Shown here: positions 49,620-62,031 of the stretch, piece after piece | Numbering within the stretch: the first letter of the stretch is position 1 | Layout of the letters: each line of letters starts with the position of its first letter | Assembly: GCF_001194135.2 (NCBI RefSeq) | Contig: NC_068997.1 | Span: 4,078,838-4,142,837 of the forward strand | Length of the DNA stretch: 64,000 nucleotides | From: Octopus bimaculoides | Taxonomy: Eukaryota | Direction of reading: 5' to 3' | The notes under the pieces: model-generated | What the model was told of the DNA's origin: nothing | Seen by the model: the letters and a program-made list of their open reading frames with translations, nothing else | Database searches by the model: none | Made by a program: the position numbers and the translations under genes

Positions 49620-50689
49620 GGACGTGGACGTGGACGTGGCGGGAGCGGCGGCGACTTATCATTAAGTGGAAGAGAAACTATAATCAAAACTATTTCAGCT
49701 TTAATGAGCTCGTCTTTGTAAAGAAGTCTCCAGCTACGGGTTCACGCTTGGTTCTCAATTAAGATGTTTGTTTTGACAATTACAGTGTTCCAGGTTTGAT
49801 TTCATTACGTGGCACCAGAAACAAGAGTATTCTACCAAAATCCTACTTTAACTGTAACAATATGGCCGAAATTTTGTAGACGGAATCTGTGTGGAAGCTC
49901 CGAATGGTAGGCGTCTTTGTGGAACTAAACAATTACCCAATTAAAATACTTCATCTGGCTCCGGAAACGGGGTTATTTTACTAATGTTCACACTGTTGCA
50001 AATCAGTTCCGGTTTCAAGATAACTTCTCTTCCTATCAAACTCAGGATTCCTGAACAAGGACCTCCATTGATACCCTTCTTGTGTACTCAACTAAAAGAA
50101 CTCTGTTGTTCTCATTTCTCAGAAGATAGACTATGATATCTGCCTGCTGTCTCTAACGCCCACGCATAGATTCGTTTTGTCTTATAGCTAGGATAAATCG
50201 ACTCATTTGAGAGAAGTGTAGCTGAATTTTAAGGCACAGAATTGTCTCCTATACACATTTATGGGATCTTAATCTACCTTCCTCTAAATTTGAAATTACT
50301 ACTATCCCTCCAATTAGATTATATAGAATTTAAATTCTTGTTTGATTCACTAGTCTGTTGAACAGCAGCATAGTCGAGATGGTATGTTTTCTTCTCTTAC
50401 TCTTGTTTTTTGCACACATCTTCAAAATGTCTTTCTAATATGTAATTCCATTATGCAGCTGAGGAGTACATTTTCGTTGTACATTCTATGTAGTGTTCTC
50501 ACTACATGAATAAATGGGGATTGTACGAAACGTACGTACTGCTATAACCTATTGAATTTTTGTTGCTTTTCTTCAAATTTTATTCACCAAATCTCTTGAT
50601 TTTGTTTTTGGTTTTTACCCTACCAAATTCTGGTGCCTCAAACATTTTAAGTACCACATTTAATCTTTTGATTAAATCTATATTATTAT

Positions 50690-50691
<2 letters not shown>

Positions 50692-50770
<79 letters not shown>
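50692..50770. repeat. (GATA)n switching to (GATT)n
   Basis: Read directly. Confidence 0.9.
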
Positions 50771-50771
<1 letters not shown>

Positions 50772-51164
50772 TTTAAGTGAAGGCAATACAAAACACTTGG
50801 TTGCCTTGTTTCATCGTTTGTAGTTTGCCTTATTATGACACTATTTTGAATGCAATTAACGAGTCAAAACTGAAAAAGCTCCAAAACCATTCTAAATATT
50901 TGTGTTTGCTTTGTTTTGCTTTGTGAACACATTAGATCAGCATTAATTGGATGTTAACTGGTTGCCAATCTATTTTTCCAACGACGTTCAATGTGAGTAT
51001 TATTGTTTGTAAGTATATGTTTGGTGTTGCACCAAAATATATAACAGCTTTTCAAGTTTAGTCCCTGTAGTCTTTCAAACCAGAGAATCTCACGCCAGAC
51101 TCAGCGACTATCAGAATTTATGATTCTATGCATACATTCTCTCTGCATTTTTTCAGTTGAATTG

Positions 51165-51450
51165 TCCATGCAAATTCGTCCTCGGTAGAATCTGAGCTTG
51201 AAACGTAAGGAACAGAAAAAAAGACCGCTAAGTATTCTGTCCAAAGCGGTAACGATTTTGCCAGTTCGCTACATTAATAATAATAATTCTTTTTACTATA
51301 ACCACAAGGCTTAAAGTTTGGCGGGAGGGTGCGAGTCGATTGCATTGACACGTGTTGTCCAACTGGTACTCATTTCATCAGCGCCGAAATAATAGAAGAC
51401 AAAGTCGACTTCGGCATCGTTGGAGCTCAAAAAGAAAGACGAGGTAATCG
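51165..51450 (-). mobile_element. Two SINE-B copies head-to-tail, joined by (ATT)4
   Basis: Minus strand CCTTGTGGTTATAGTAAAAAGA-ATTATTATTATTA-ATGTAGCGAACTGGCAAAATCGTT. Confidence 0.7.
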
Positions 51451-51538
51451 GTGCACTTGGCACAAAAACCCAAACTGCTACTTTAGAGACTGAGGATTAC
51501 TGGAATTCAGACACATATTGTTGACGTACAGAAAAGTT

Positions 51539-51617
<79 letters not shown>

Positions 51618-52159
51618 GAGTAAATGTCTATATTCTGAAGGTTACAATCAAAGAAGCGTGTGGTGTCGACGTAGATATTATCATATGGATAGCAGAATGG
51701 GCAGTGAGCCCGTTTTGTTTCGGTGCTGGTGCTAGTAGTAGCAGCTCCCCAAATGATGGTTTTGTCGGTGCCGTTGAGGTCACGCTGGAGGCGATGTTAG
51801 AAAAGTGGCTGTAGATTGGCAGCAACGGTGGTGAAGGTGGTTTTCGATGGTATTAAATGCTGTAGTAGTAGTCAGTGATGGTGATGTCTGCATCGATGTT
51901 GTTAGTGATTTTGATAAATGTCGTGATAGTAGTTGGCATCACCGACTAATATGGCACAAACAGCATCATAATTTGGTTGACATTGAATTGAAAGTTTCGC
52001 ATTGGAGGCCAGTCTTCATCGAAAGTTCGAAGTCAGTGTCAATTTTTTTAATTATATGAATTCAGTTCTTTTCAGTTAATACACATACAAAGAAACATAT
52101 CAATTGGAATATAATAACGTATAACTTAAATACACTTTATCCAGCTGCTGACGTTTTAC

Positions 52160-52365
52160 CCCAGCTCAGCTTCAACTCAATACATATATGAACAAAAATG
52201 TTCAAACCGTGGTCACCACATGTTATTTTTTGATTTTCAAATAGATTGCATCATGTAGTAAATTAGCTAATACCTCTTCCTTTATAAAAATTAGACAATT
52301 ATAATGATTCTCAAGTGATTTAGCTGCTATTTCTATCATACCGCGTAGATAGTGCAATGATTACA
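52160..52365 (+). repeat. Family D copy
   Basis: AATGTTCAAACCGTGGTCACC, AAGTGATTTAGCTGCTATTTCTA. Confidence 0.45.
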
Positions 52366-52759
52366 CCATTATGGTAATACAACAACAATGACAATGTTTT
52401 CTGCTCTAAGCTCTATGGTTTTCGTGTTATGTCTGTTGATTTTAATGAAATCACTTAACATTTTAAAATCACTTAAAATCGAACAAAGACGCTTTTTTTT
52501 TCAAATCGAGCATAAATTATTATGAATAACTTTTTGTTTTAAAATCTTTTCTGTGTTTTCTCATTTTCATTTCATTCTATTATATGTTTATTAAAATTTA
52601 TTTTGAAGAATATTTGTGTTGATAAATAGCAATCTTTCATTAGTTAGTTTGTCTTTATATAGCTGGTTTAGCTGAGTGGGTAAGTCACTGGATTGGACTC
52701 TCACTCCTATGAGATGCTGCAGAACATATTTGAATCCTGTTCACACAGATCAATGATAG

Positions 52760-53420
52760 ACAGTGAGTTAGCTGAATCCTCGGAGCGTCGGGTCAAATAT
52801 TTAGTTACTCCTCTCTATATCTCGAGTTCGAATTTTTCCGAAGTCCACTTTGTATTTCATTTATCTCCAGTGGATCATTTACAGTTCCAGTGATATAATG
52901 GGATCGATATCATTGCATGCTCCTTCTCTTACAATTTCATGGTCTTGTTCTTGTGTTAGTTATCAATATTTCATCTATTGTTAAGGTGGCAGGCTGGCAG
53001 AATTGTTAGCACGCCGGGCAAAATGCATAGCGCCATTTCGTCCCTCTTTGCGCTTTGAGTTCAAATTCCACCGAGGTCGACCTCTTCCGGGGTCGATAAA
53101 ATAAGTAGTGAAGTACTGGCGTCAATGTAAATGACTTTCCCCGTCCCCCGAACTTGCCGGCTTTGCGCCAAAATTTAAAACCAATATTTTACCTCTTGTT
53201 AAGGCAGCGAATCGGAAGAATTGTTATCGCGCCTAACGAAATGCTTAGGAGCATTTCTTCCGCCTCTGTGTTATAAGTTCAAATTTTGCCAGGGTCAACT
53301 TTGCCTTTCATGTTTTGGGGGCCGATTAAATAAGTTCCACCTGAACACTGGGATCTATGGAATCGACTTAATCCTCACCCGAAATTGCTGGCCTTGTGCC
53401 AAAATTTGAAAGCAGTAATT
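52760..53420 (+). mobile_element. Three tandem SINE-B copies
   Basis: Heads near 52765, 52982 (TTAAGGTGGCAGGCTGGCAGAATTGTTAGCACGCCGGGC) and 53202 (TTAAGGCAGCGAATCGG); CCAAAATTT tails. Confidence 0.8.
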
Positions 53421-55372
53421 TATCTGTTGTTTATCTCGAAGTTAATCCTCAACAAACTGATCGAAAGCATTCCAAACATAAAATCCTACCTATACGCAAG
53501 AACTTTATTGTCCATGTCCACAATATGGAGGCATTTCACAGAGATTTGGTTGGCGTTTCTAGCAGATACAGTGACATTTCGAGGATTCAAGGACTGAATA
53601 TATTTGTACAGCAGTGGAGTAACAGAAACAATACGATTTCAGATATAGATGAGGTCAGAGTTGCTTTTCCTTCGTTCTTTCGTTCCTTTTTCTATACATA
53701 GAGTATCAGTAAATTACAGAGATTCGATACAATCGGGTGTCTTTGGAAGACATTGTGGCAGGGAAACAGATGACGTCCTTGGGCCATTTCAGAGACCTTG
53801 TGATTGGTGGCAGGAACTGAACTCTAGCCTATGATCTGACTCGAACGCTCGAATGCTTGACAAAAGAGAGGATTTCGCTACAAGCAATCCAGTCATGATG
53901 TTCAACCGGGCGTCATTTTGTAGCCTCCACTCAAAGATTACACGGCTGCATTATAAATTTTTGACATTTTGCTAAAATAATAAATCGATATTTTGTCTAT
54001 AAAAAATTACGTTGTTGTTTCTTTGGACACTTAACAATATTTGGAGATTTTTAACAATAAAATTTTCATAAATTTTGACATTTCAAAATACATTTTAGTG
54101 ATTTAAATTCAAGAAAAACATCATTTTCTTCTTTTTTCTAAACCGCAAGATAGTATTTAGCGAATTAATTACTGATACACTGTGTTTGTAAATATGGTTA
54201 TAAATAAATAAAGTATCTGCTTAAATAAACACGGACATAGCTTGACCGCTATAATTATATAAAATCTGCTTGAATAACAATAGAGGCTGATAAATAGTTA
54301 TATTATATAGAATGAATTGTATATAATACAATATCTGTTTCTTGTGTATATACTATATATATATATATATATATATATACTGTATATTATTGGGAAGATT
54401 GAACTTCTGAAGATGTTACTGACTTAAAAATCCCTTAGCTGGGATTCTACGGAAATGGACTGGAATTGAATCTCTCAGGTAAAATGAAATATTCGTAAAA
54501 CATTGCCTAGGCATTGCCCATTTTTGTAACCAATTACAAAGGGCTCAGGCATACATACACGCGTTATATATATATATATATATATATATTTGTACACACG
54601 TGTGTGCTTGCATGTCTGTCTCTTTTTTCATCAGAAGAAAANNNNNNNNNNNNNNNNNNNNNNNNNNNNNNNNNNNNNNNNNNNNNNNNNNNNNNNNNNN
54701 NNNNNNNNNNNNNNNNNNNNNNNNNNNNNNNNNNNNNNNNNNNNNNNNNNNNNNNNNNNNNNNNNNNNNNNNNNNNNNNNNNNNNNNNNNNNNNNNNNNN
54801 NNNNNNNNNNNNNNNNNNNNNNNNNNNNNNNNNNNNNNNNNNNNNNNNNNNNNNNNNNNNNNNNNNNNNNNNNNNNNNNNNNNNNNNNNNNNNNNNNNNN
54901 NNNNNNNNNNNNNNNNNNNNNNNNNNNNNNNNNNNNNNNNNNNNNNNNNNNNNNNNNNNNNNNNNNNNNNNNNNNNNNNNNNNNNNNNNNNNNNNNNATA
55001 TATACATATATATATATATAATATATATATATATACACATATATATATATCAAGTCTATATATTTATACATTGAGTTTTATATCTCTTCTTTTTTCTCCT
55101 AAGTGTATACGCTTGTGTATGTGCATATATGAGATTATGTATGTATTAACCGTATATTGTTATATATATTTATATGTGTATGCAATATATATATGTACAT
55201 CTCTGTGTATAAACATGCATATATACATACCCAAACATGTATACACATACGCATACATGCACAAACAGGCAAACATAAATACATGCATGCATAAATACAG
55301 ACAGACAGACAGACAGAAATATTGTGAGTTCAACTGTCGTAATAAAAAATTCGCATTGATTATGCCACTACC

Positions 55373-55800
55373 TTAAGGCGGTGAGTTAACACAATCGTTA
55401 TAACGCTGAGCGAAATGCTTAGTGGTATCTCGTTTGTCGCTACGTTCTGAGTTCAAATTCCACCGAGGTCGACTTTGCCTTTCATCACTTTTGGGTCGAG
55501 TAAATAAGTACCAGTTACGCACTGGGGTCGATGTAATCAACTTAAACTTTTCCCCCATATTTCAGGCTTTGTGCCAACAGTATAAAGGATTAATTGTGCC
55601 ACCATCTTAGGGCATCAACCTGGCAGAATCTTTAGCACGCTGGGAGAAATGCTAAGCAGCATATCGACTGTCGCTACGTTCTGGGTTCAAATTCCACCGA
55701 CCTCGACTTTGCATTTCAACCTTCCGGGTTCGATAAATTAAGTACCAGTTGCGTACTGAGAGCAATGTAATCGACTAATTCTCCCCAAAAACTTTCAATT
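55373..55800 (+). mobile_element. Two tandem SINE-B copies
   Basis: Heads at 55375 and about 55610, each after a CCAC(T/C)A(C/T)CTTA motif; full cores. Confidence 0.85.
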
Positions 55801-55853
55801 AATTATGCCACCACCTTTGCATTCAAAAGATGCCTGACATGTTTTTATAATTA

Positions 55854-55910
<57 letters not shown>

Positions 55911-56489
55911 NNNNNNNNNNNNNNNNNNNNNNNNNNNNNNNNNNNNNNNNNNNNNNNNNNNNNNNNNNNNNNNNNNNNNNNNNNNNNNNNNNNNNNNNNN
56001 NNNNNNNNNNNNNNNNNNNNNNNNNNNNNNNNNNNNNNNNNNNNNNNNNNNNNNNNNNNNNNNNNNNNNNNNNNNNNNNNNNNNNNNNNNNNNNNNNNNN
56101 NNNNNNNNNNNNNNNNNNNNNNNNNNNNNNNNNNNNNNNNNNNNNNNNNNNNNNNNNNNNNNNNNNNNNNNNNNNNNNNNNNNNNNNNNNNNNNNNNNNN
56201 NNNNNNNNNNNNNNNNNNNNNNNNNNNNNNNNNNNNNNNNNNNNNNNNNNNNNNNNNNNNNNNNNNNNNNNNNNNNNNNNNNNNNNNNNNNNNNNNNNNN
56301 NNNNNNNNNNNNNNNNNNNNNNNNNNNNNNNNNNNNNNNNNNNNNNNNNNNNNNNNNNNNNNNNNNNNNNNNNNNNNNNNNNNNNNNNNNNNNNNNNNNN
56401 NNNNNNNNNNNNNNNNNNNNNNNNNNNNNNNNNNNNNNNNNNNNNNNNNNNNNNNNNNNNNNNNNATATATATATATATATATATAACA

Positions 56490-57010
56490 CTGAAATACTA
56501 AAGAGTAAGTTTATTCAATAAAATGCCATTGGTCTCCAGACAACTTCGGAATCTCCCTGCAACACTTCTGGGCGGTCTCCTTGTTTAAGTAGGTGAATGC
56601 TGCCATTATCTTCAGTTCATCTTTGCTGTTATAAGGAAATGTGTTGGTCTTTCGCCCCACACATAATAATCAAGGAGTTTGCAGTCTGGTGAGTTAGGTG
56701 GCCAGATTTTAGGGGTCATGTGGTCGCTGAAATTATCTGTCAGCCATGACTGGGTTCTCCTGCTTGTGGCGTGGTGCAGAGTCCTGTTGCCAGACATACG
56801 GGTCTTCCAGCAGCCACCTTCTTGACCCAGGGCAGTACTGCCTCCTCCAGGCACTTGATGTAGGCCTCTGTGTTGAATGTGAGGCCGTATGAGAAGATGA
56901 ATGGAGGCATAACGTCACCATCACTAGTGATCACACAAAATACCATGATGTTGACTGGACGTTTGATTTTTATCACACTCGGTACATGTCCTCAGATTGA
57001 CACCCAAACA
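56490..57010 (-). mobile_element. DD37D (maT) deletion derivative, copy 2, cut by gaps
   Basis: IKRPVNIMVFCVITSDGDVMPPFIF, WQQDSAP, IWPPNSPDCKLLDYYVWG; same junction as copy 1. Confidence 0.85.
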
Positions 57011-57074
57011 NNNNNNNNNNCCCTAACACACACAAACACACACACACACTGAAGCACACACACGCACATACATA

Positions 57075-57230
57075 TGACTGGCGACCATGCAGTTTCATAT
57101 TAAAGACACTCAGAAAACATTGGTCATCTCGGAGCTATAGAAGAAGACGCTTGTTCAAGGTGTCACCACTGGGACTCAACCGGAAACAAAGTAGTTGCAA
57201 GGCATACTTGTTAACCACACAGTCATACCT
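57075..57230 (-). mobile_element. SINE-A 5' half, degraded
   Basis: GGAGCTATAGAAGAAGACGCTTGTTCAAGGTGTCAC, GGGACTCAACCGGAAAC, AACCACACAGTCATACCT. Confidence 0.65.
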
Positions 57231-57539
57231 TTAATTAACTTGAATTTAATTATCTATTTGACACTGAGAGGACTTGACGGGTAGAGTTGCTCGAGAGAAA
57301 AATCTGAATGAATAACAGTATTTCGTAATTAAACAATTGGTAGCAAATATAGTATTTGATTGTCAAAATAGGAGTCAATCCAATCGTATGAGTACAGCGT
57401 GGACGGCCCTAGAAATGAGGAACCCTTTGTGACTGATCAACATCGTTTTTGAAGACATACTCCACCAACAGGAAGACATGTATGAAATAGGGTTCACTTC
57501 GAGCGAAAATGCAGAAAGTTTGGTGGGGGATAATAATTA

Positions 57540-57920
57540 ACGTATCTTTACGTTCTGAGTTCTGATCCCTCATCAAACTGGCCTACGCTCATTCATTCGG
57601 GGTCGATAAATTAAGTACCAGTTACGCCCCGGGATCGATGTAATCGACTTTAATCCCTTTGTCTGTCCTTGTTTGTTCTCTCTGTGTTTAGCCCCTTGTA
57701 GGCAATAAAGAAATAAGAAAAGTTAACACGCCGGGCGACATGCTTAACGGTATTTCGTCTGTCTTTACGTTCTGAGTTCAAATTCCGCCGAGGTCGACTT
57801 TGTCCTTCATCCTTTCGGAGTCGATAAATTAAGTATCAGTGGCGTACGGGAGTCGATCTAATCGACTGCCCCCCCTCCCCCAAAATTTCGGGCCTTGTGC
57901 CTAGAGTAGAAAAGAATAAG
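57540..57920 (+). mobile_element. SINE-B dimer-linker element
   Basis: Monomer 1 core, linker 57651-57719, 5'-trimmed monomer 2, tail GGCCTTGTGCCTAGAGTAGAAAAGAAT. Confidence 0.85.
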
Positions 57921-57944
57921 AATATGTATATCTGTATTTTTATA

Positions 57945-58026
57945 CAGTAATCCTTCCACAAGCTTTTCCGTTGATGGGTCATCTGGAACCTTCTTCGTTG
58001 AAACCGACTGAGTATCACTCTGTGAG

Positions 58027-58073
<47 letters not shown>

Positions 58074-58264
58074 TTTAATCTCCCCGCGATAAGTGAAAAT
58101 CCGCGAAGTAGAAACAGTACTGTACTGTGCATTTTTTAAAATAATTTTTATAATTTGTATATATTTATTTTGTTATAAATGCAAAACAACACCACGGAGG
58201 AATCGGCGTAAGCTTAGAATAGTAAACCGCGATAGGTGAACCTCTGTAAGGCCAGGGATTACAG
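57945..58264 (+). mobile_element. Tigger/pogo-like MITE
   Basis: TA|CAGTAATCCTTCC at left, CAGGGATTACAG at right; subterminal direct repeats CCGCGATA(A/G)GTGAA near 58083 and 58227. Confidence 0.45.
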
Positions 58265-59127
58265 CATATATTTATACTTGGATATTCATTGTCTAAAAAA
58301 TGTTCGGTCTTTGCTTTCTTTCTATTTTCATGTATACATGTATGGACATTTTGTATAGATACGTTTTAATAAAACCCAGGCAGTATTATTTAATAAAATC
58401 CCAGTAGTCTTATTTGCTTATTGGCATCATTATCTAATATATAATTTAATGTATACAGCATAAAGATAGGAGCTACTTACACTTACGTGCATTGGATAGA
58501 CAAGTCTAAGCAAGTTTTTTATAACATGCCTTGGCGTTTCCAAGCAATTCTCGGACTGTGAGCATATGGGCGGCCTATTGAATTTACTAATCGATTTGTA
58601 AACTGAGTAACTCATATGAGGGAGTACAACAATCGCTTAATTGGTTGAAATTAAGTCACTGTCAACAACATTCTTGTTTAAAAATAATACATATGTACTT
58701 TAGGAAAGTATATAGTAACCCATCAGCTTAATTAAAATTGCTTGTTTTATAATTGAACATAAAAACAAACATCCTAATATATATATATATATATANNNNN
58801 NNNNNNNNNNNNNNNNNNNNNNNNNNNNNNNNNNNNNNNNNNNNNNNNNNNNNNNNNNNNNNNNNNNNNNNNNNNNNNNNNNNNNNNNNNNNNNNNNNNN
58901 NNNNNNNNNNNNNNNNNNNNNNNNNNNNNNNNNNNNNNNNNNNNNNNNNNNNNNNNNNNNNNNNNNNNNNNNNNNNNNNNNNNNNNNNNNNNNNNNNNNN
59001 NNNNNNNNNNNNNNNNNNNNNNNNNNNNNNNNNNNNNNNNNNNNNNNNNNNNNNNNNNNNNNNNNNNNNNNNNNNNNNNNNATATGTATATATACATACA
59101 CACACACATGCACACATATAGTGATAC

Positions 59128-59415
59128 TCAGTTACACCGGAACTGCTTGTTCGTGAAATTGACGTGCAAGTGGCTGAGCATTCCACAGACATGTGTACCC
59201 TTAACGTATTTCTCAGGAGGATCCTGTGTCACACAGAATGAGACAAGGCTAGCCCTTTGAATTATATGAACTAGTCATTTTTAGCTAGCTGAGTAGACTA
59301 GAGCAAGTTGAAATAAAGTGTCTTACTGAAAGAAATAATGCAACTGCGTGTATCGAAATCACGACATTACGATTGTGGGCCAAACACCCTAACCATTGAG
59401 CCCCGCGCCTTCACG
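59128..59415 (-). mobile_element. SINE family C
   Basis: GCTTGTTCGTGAAATTGACGTGCAAGTGGCTGAGC, GAAATAAAGTGTCTT, CCCTAACCATTGAGCCCCGCGCCTTCAC match 9150-9485. Confidence 0.85.
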
Positions 59416-59734
59416 CAAAGATACACGCACACGCTCGCACGCACACACACATGCATACACTCGCGCCCGCATTCGTTTGCACGGTTGCATGTGTGTATGC
59501 ACGAAATGTCTATATGCTTTGTCGAACAAGCAGGAAAAATAGAACTCAATACATGGCTATACGTATTTTTGAATTATTTACTCGGCAGAATGCTACTGAA
59601 GCCGCGACTTTCGTACACGGAACTTACCAAATTTGGATAAGATTTAGAAGTAGTATGCGCAACGAAAAACCCTCGGCTTATGAGACACGTTTATAATAGT
59701 CTGCGAATTGTAAAGTTGATATATATATATATAT

Positions 59735-60135
59735 ATATTGTGTGGTAAGAAGCTAGCTTTCGAACCACTTGGTTCCGGGTTCAATCCCACTGCGTGCCAC
59801 CTTGGGCAAATGTCTTCTACTATAGCCTAGGGCCGACCAAAGCTGTGTGAGTGGATTTAGTAGACAGACTCTGAGAGAAGCCCGTCGTATTCATATGTGC
59901 GCATGTATATATACATATATACATATATGTGCGTGTGTGTGTGTGTGTGTATATGTATGTATCTATCTATATGTTTGTGTATCTGTGCTTATCCCACTTC
60001 ATCATCATGTGACAACCGATGTAGGTGTGTTTACGTCCAGGTAAATTAGTGATTCGGCAAAAGGGTCGATTTGTTTGACGAAAAGCTGTGATCCAGCATA
60101 GCCGCAGTCAAATGACTGAAACAAGTAAAGGAATA
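59735..60135 (+). mobile_element. SINE family A
   Basis: TGTGTGGTAAGAAGCT, CCGGGTTCAATCCCACTGCGTG, CCTTGGGCAAATGTCTTCTACTATAGCC, GCCGCAGTCAAATGACTGAAACAAG. Confidence 0.85.
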
Positions 60136-60246
60136 AACGAATATATATNNNNNNNNNNNNNNNNNNNNNNNNNNNNNNNNNNNNNNNNNNNNNNNNNNNN
60201 NNNNNNNNNNNNNNNNNNNNNNNNNNNNNNNNNNNNNNNNNNNNNN

Positions 60247-61110
60247 CAGGTTGAGGTAAATAAACTGTCGTATTAATTACGCAAAAGTGAAAATAACACT
60301 GACATCTCATTTTAATAGATATAATTACCAAAATTACATAAAAATATCTTGAAATACTAAAGAGCAAATTTGTTCAGTAAACCGCCATTTGCTTCAACCA
60401 CGACCTCCAGACGACTTCGGAATCTCCCGGCAACTCTTCCGGACGGTCTCCTTGTTTAAGTAGGTGGATGCTGCCATAATCCTTGCCTTCAGTTCACCTT
60501 TGGTGTTACAAAGAATTTTGTTGGTTTCTCGTTCAACTGCGCCCGACAAATAATGATCAAGGGGTTGCAGTCTGAGGAGTTAGGTGGCTGGATGTTAGGG
60601 GTGATGTGGACGCAGAAATTGTCTGACAGCCATGACTGGTGTCTCCTGCTTGTGTGGCACGGAGCAGGGTCTTGTTGCCAGATATAGGGTCTTCTAGGAG
60701 CCACTCTCTTGACCCAGGGCAGCACTACCTCCTCCAGGCATTTGATGTAGGCCTCCGTTTTGAGTGTTAGGCCGTGTGGGAAGAGGAACTAACGTCGCCA
60801 TCACTAGCGATCACTCCAAACATGATGCTGACTGGACATTTGATATTTATCACTCTCGGTACATGTCCTCAGATTGCACTGTCCTCAGATTGACATCCAA
60901 ACGCTCTAAAATGTTCGTATTGAAGCTTCCAGCACGAATGCTAAGCTGTACAGCGTGTCGTTTCCAAATTTCTGGCAGAGAGAATTGCCTCATAGTGCTG
61001 TTTTCCTCACAGACGGTGCCCAGGTGACCCTATTATACTGTGAAAAGCAACAATGCGCATGCGCAAGATTAAAAATATAAATAGCGACAATTTAACCATC
61101 GCAGGCAGTG
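60247..61110 (-). mobile_element. DD37D (maT) deletion derivative, copy 3, both ends present
   Basis: Minus-strand left end TA|CACTGCCTGCGATGGTTAAATTGTCGCTAT; LPWVKRVAPRRPYIWQQDPAPCH; right end at 60247 abuts a gap. Confidence 0.85.
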
Positions 61111-61217
<107 letters not shown>

Positions 61218-61354
61218 ATATATAAGTCACGGACTCTCCCGAACTGCCACACAGATGATTTGTTTATGGTGATCAAATGTTTGTGTATGCATAACTCACT
61301 CCCTACATGAAATCAACATTACAGATGCACCGTGTGCCACATGTCAGATGAAGA

Positions 61355-61483
61355 AATGATCGCAGAGAAATGTAAAATGAAGTGCTTTGCTCAAAAACAT
61401 AACGCAACGCCCAGTCTCAAATCGAACCGACGATCTCGCAATCGTGAGTGCAACACCCTAAGCACTAAATCTTGCGCCTTCAC
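61355..61483 (-). mobile_element. SINE-C 5' part
   Basis: GAAGTGCTTTGCTCAAAAACATAACGC, CAATCGTGAG, CCCTAAGCACTAAATCTTGCGCCTTCAC. Confidence 0.75.
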
Positions 61484-61572
61484 GTGTATATATATATATA
61501 AATACACACACACACAGACATATGTATATGTATATATATATGTATGTATATATATATATGTATGTATATATG

Positions 61573-61609
<37 letters not shown>

Positions 61610-61836
61610 NNNNNNNNNNNNNNNNNNNNNNNNNNNNNNNNNNNNNNNNNNNNNNNNNNNNNNNNNNNNNNNNNNNNNNNNNNNNNNNNNNNNNNNNNNN
61701 NNNNNNNNNNNNNNNNNNNNNNNNNNNNNNNNNNNNNNNNNNNNNNNNNNNNNNNNNNNNNNNNNNNNNNNNNNNNNNNNNNNNNNNNNNNNNNNNNNNN
61801 NNNNNNNNNNNNNNNNNNNNNNNNNNNNNNNACATA

Positions 61837-61867
<31 letters not shown>

Positions 61868-61988
61868 CTCGTAAGTATTTTTAACCCAATACTTACGAGT
61901 TATAGTTTAATTTGTTTCGACATTCACTGTTCCTAAAAATTATTACTTCACGTTCTCAAACATTCTAAATCCTTGTGTGCGTGTATAT

Positions 61989-62031
<43 letters not shown>

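Noticed and set aside
49283-49721. Poly-Arg, poly-Leu and poly-Phe ORFs
   Set aside because: All come from the (GAA)n tract and the flanks show no recognisable domain
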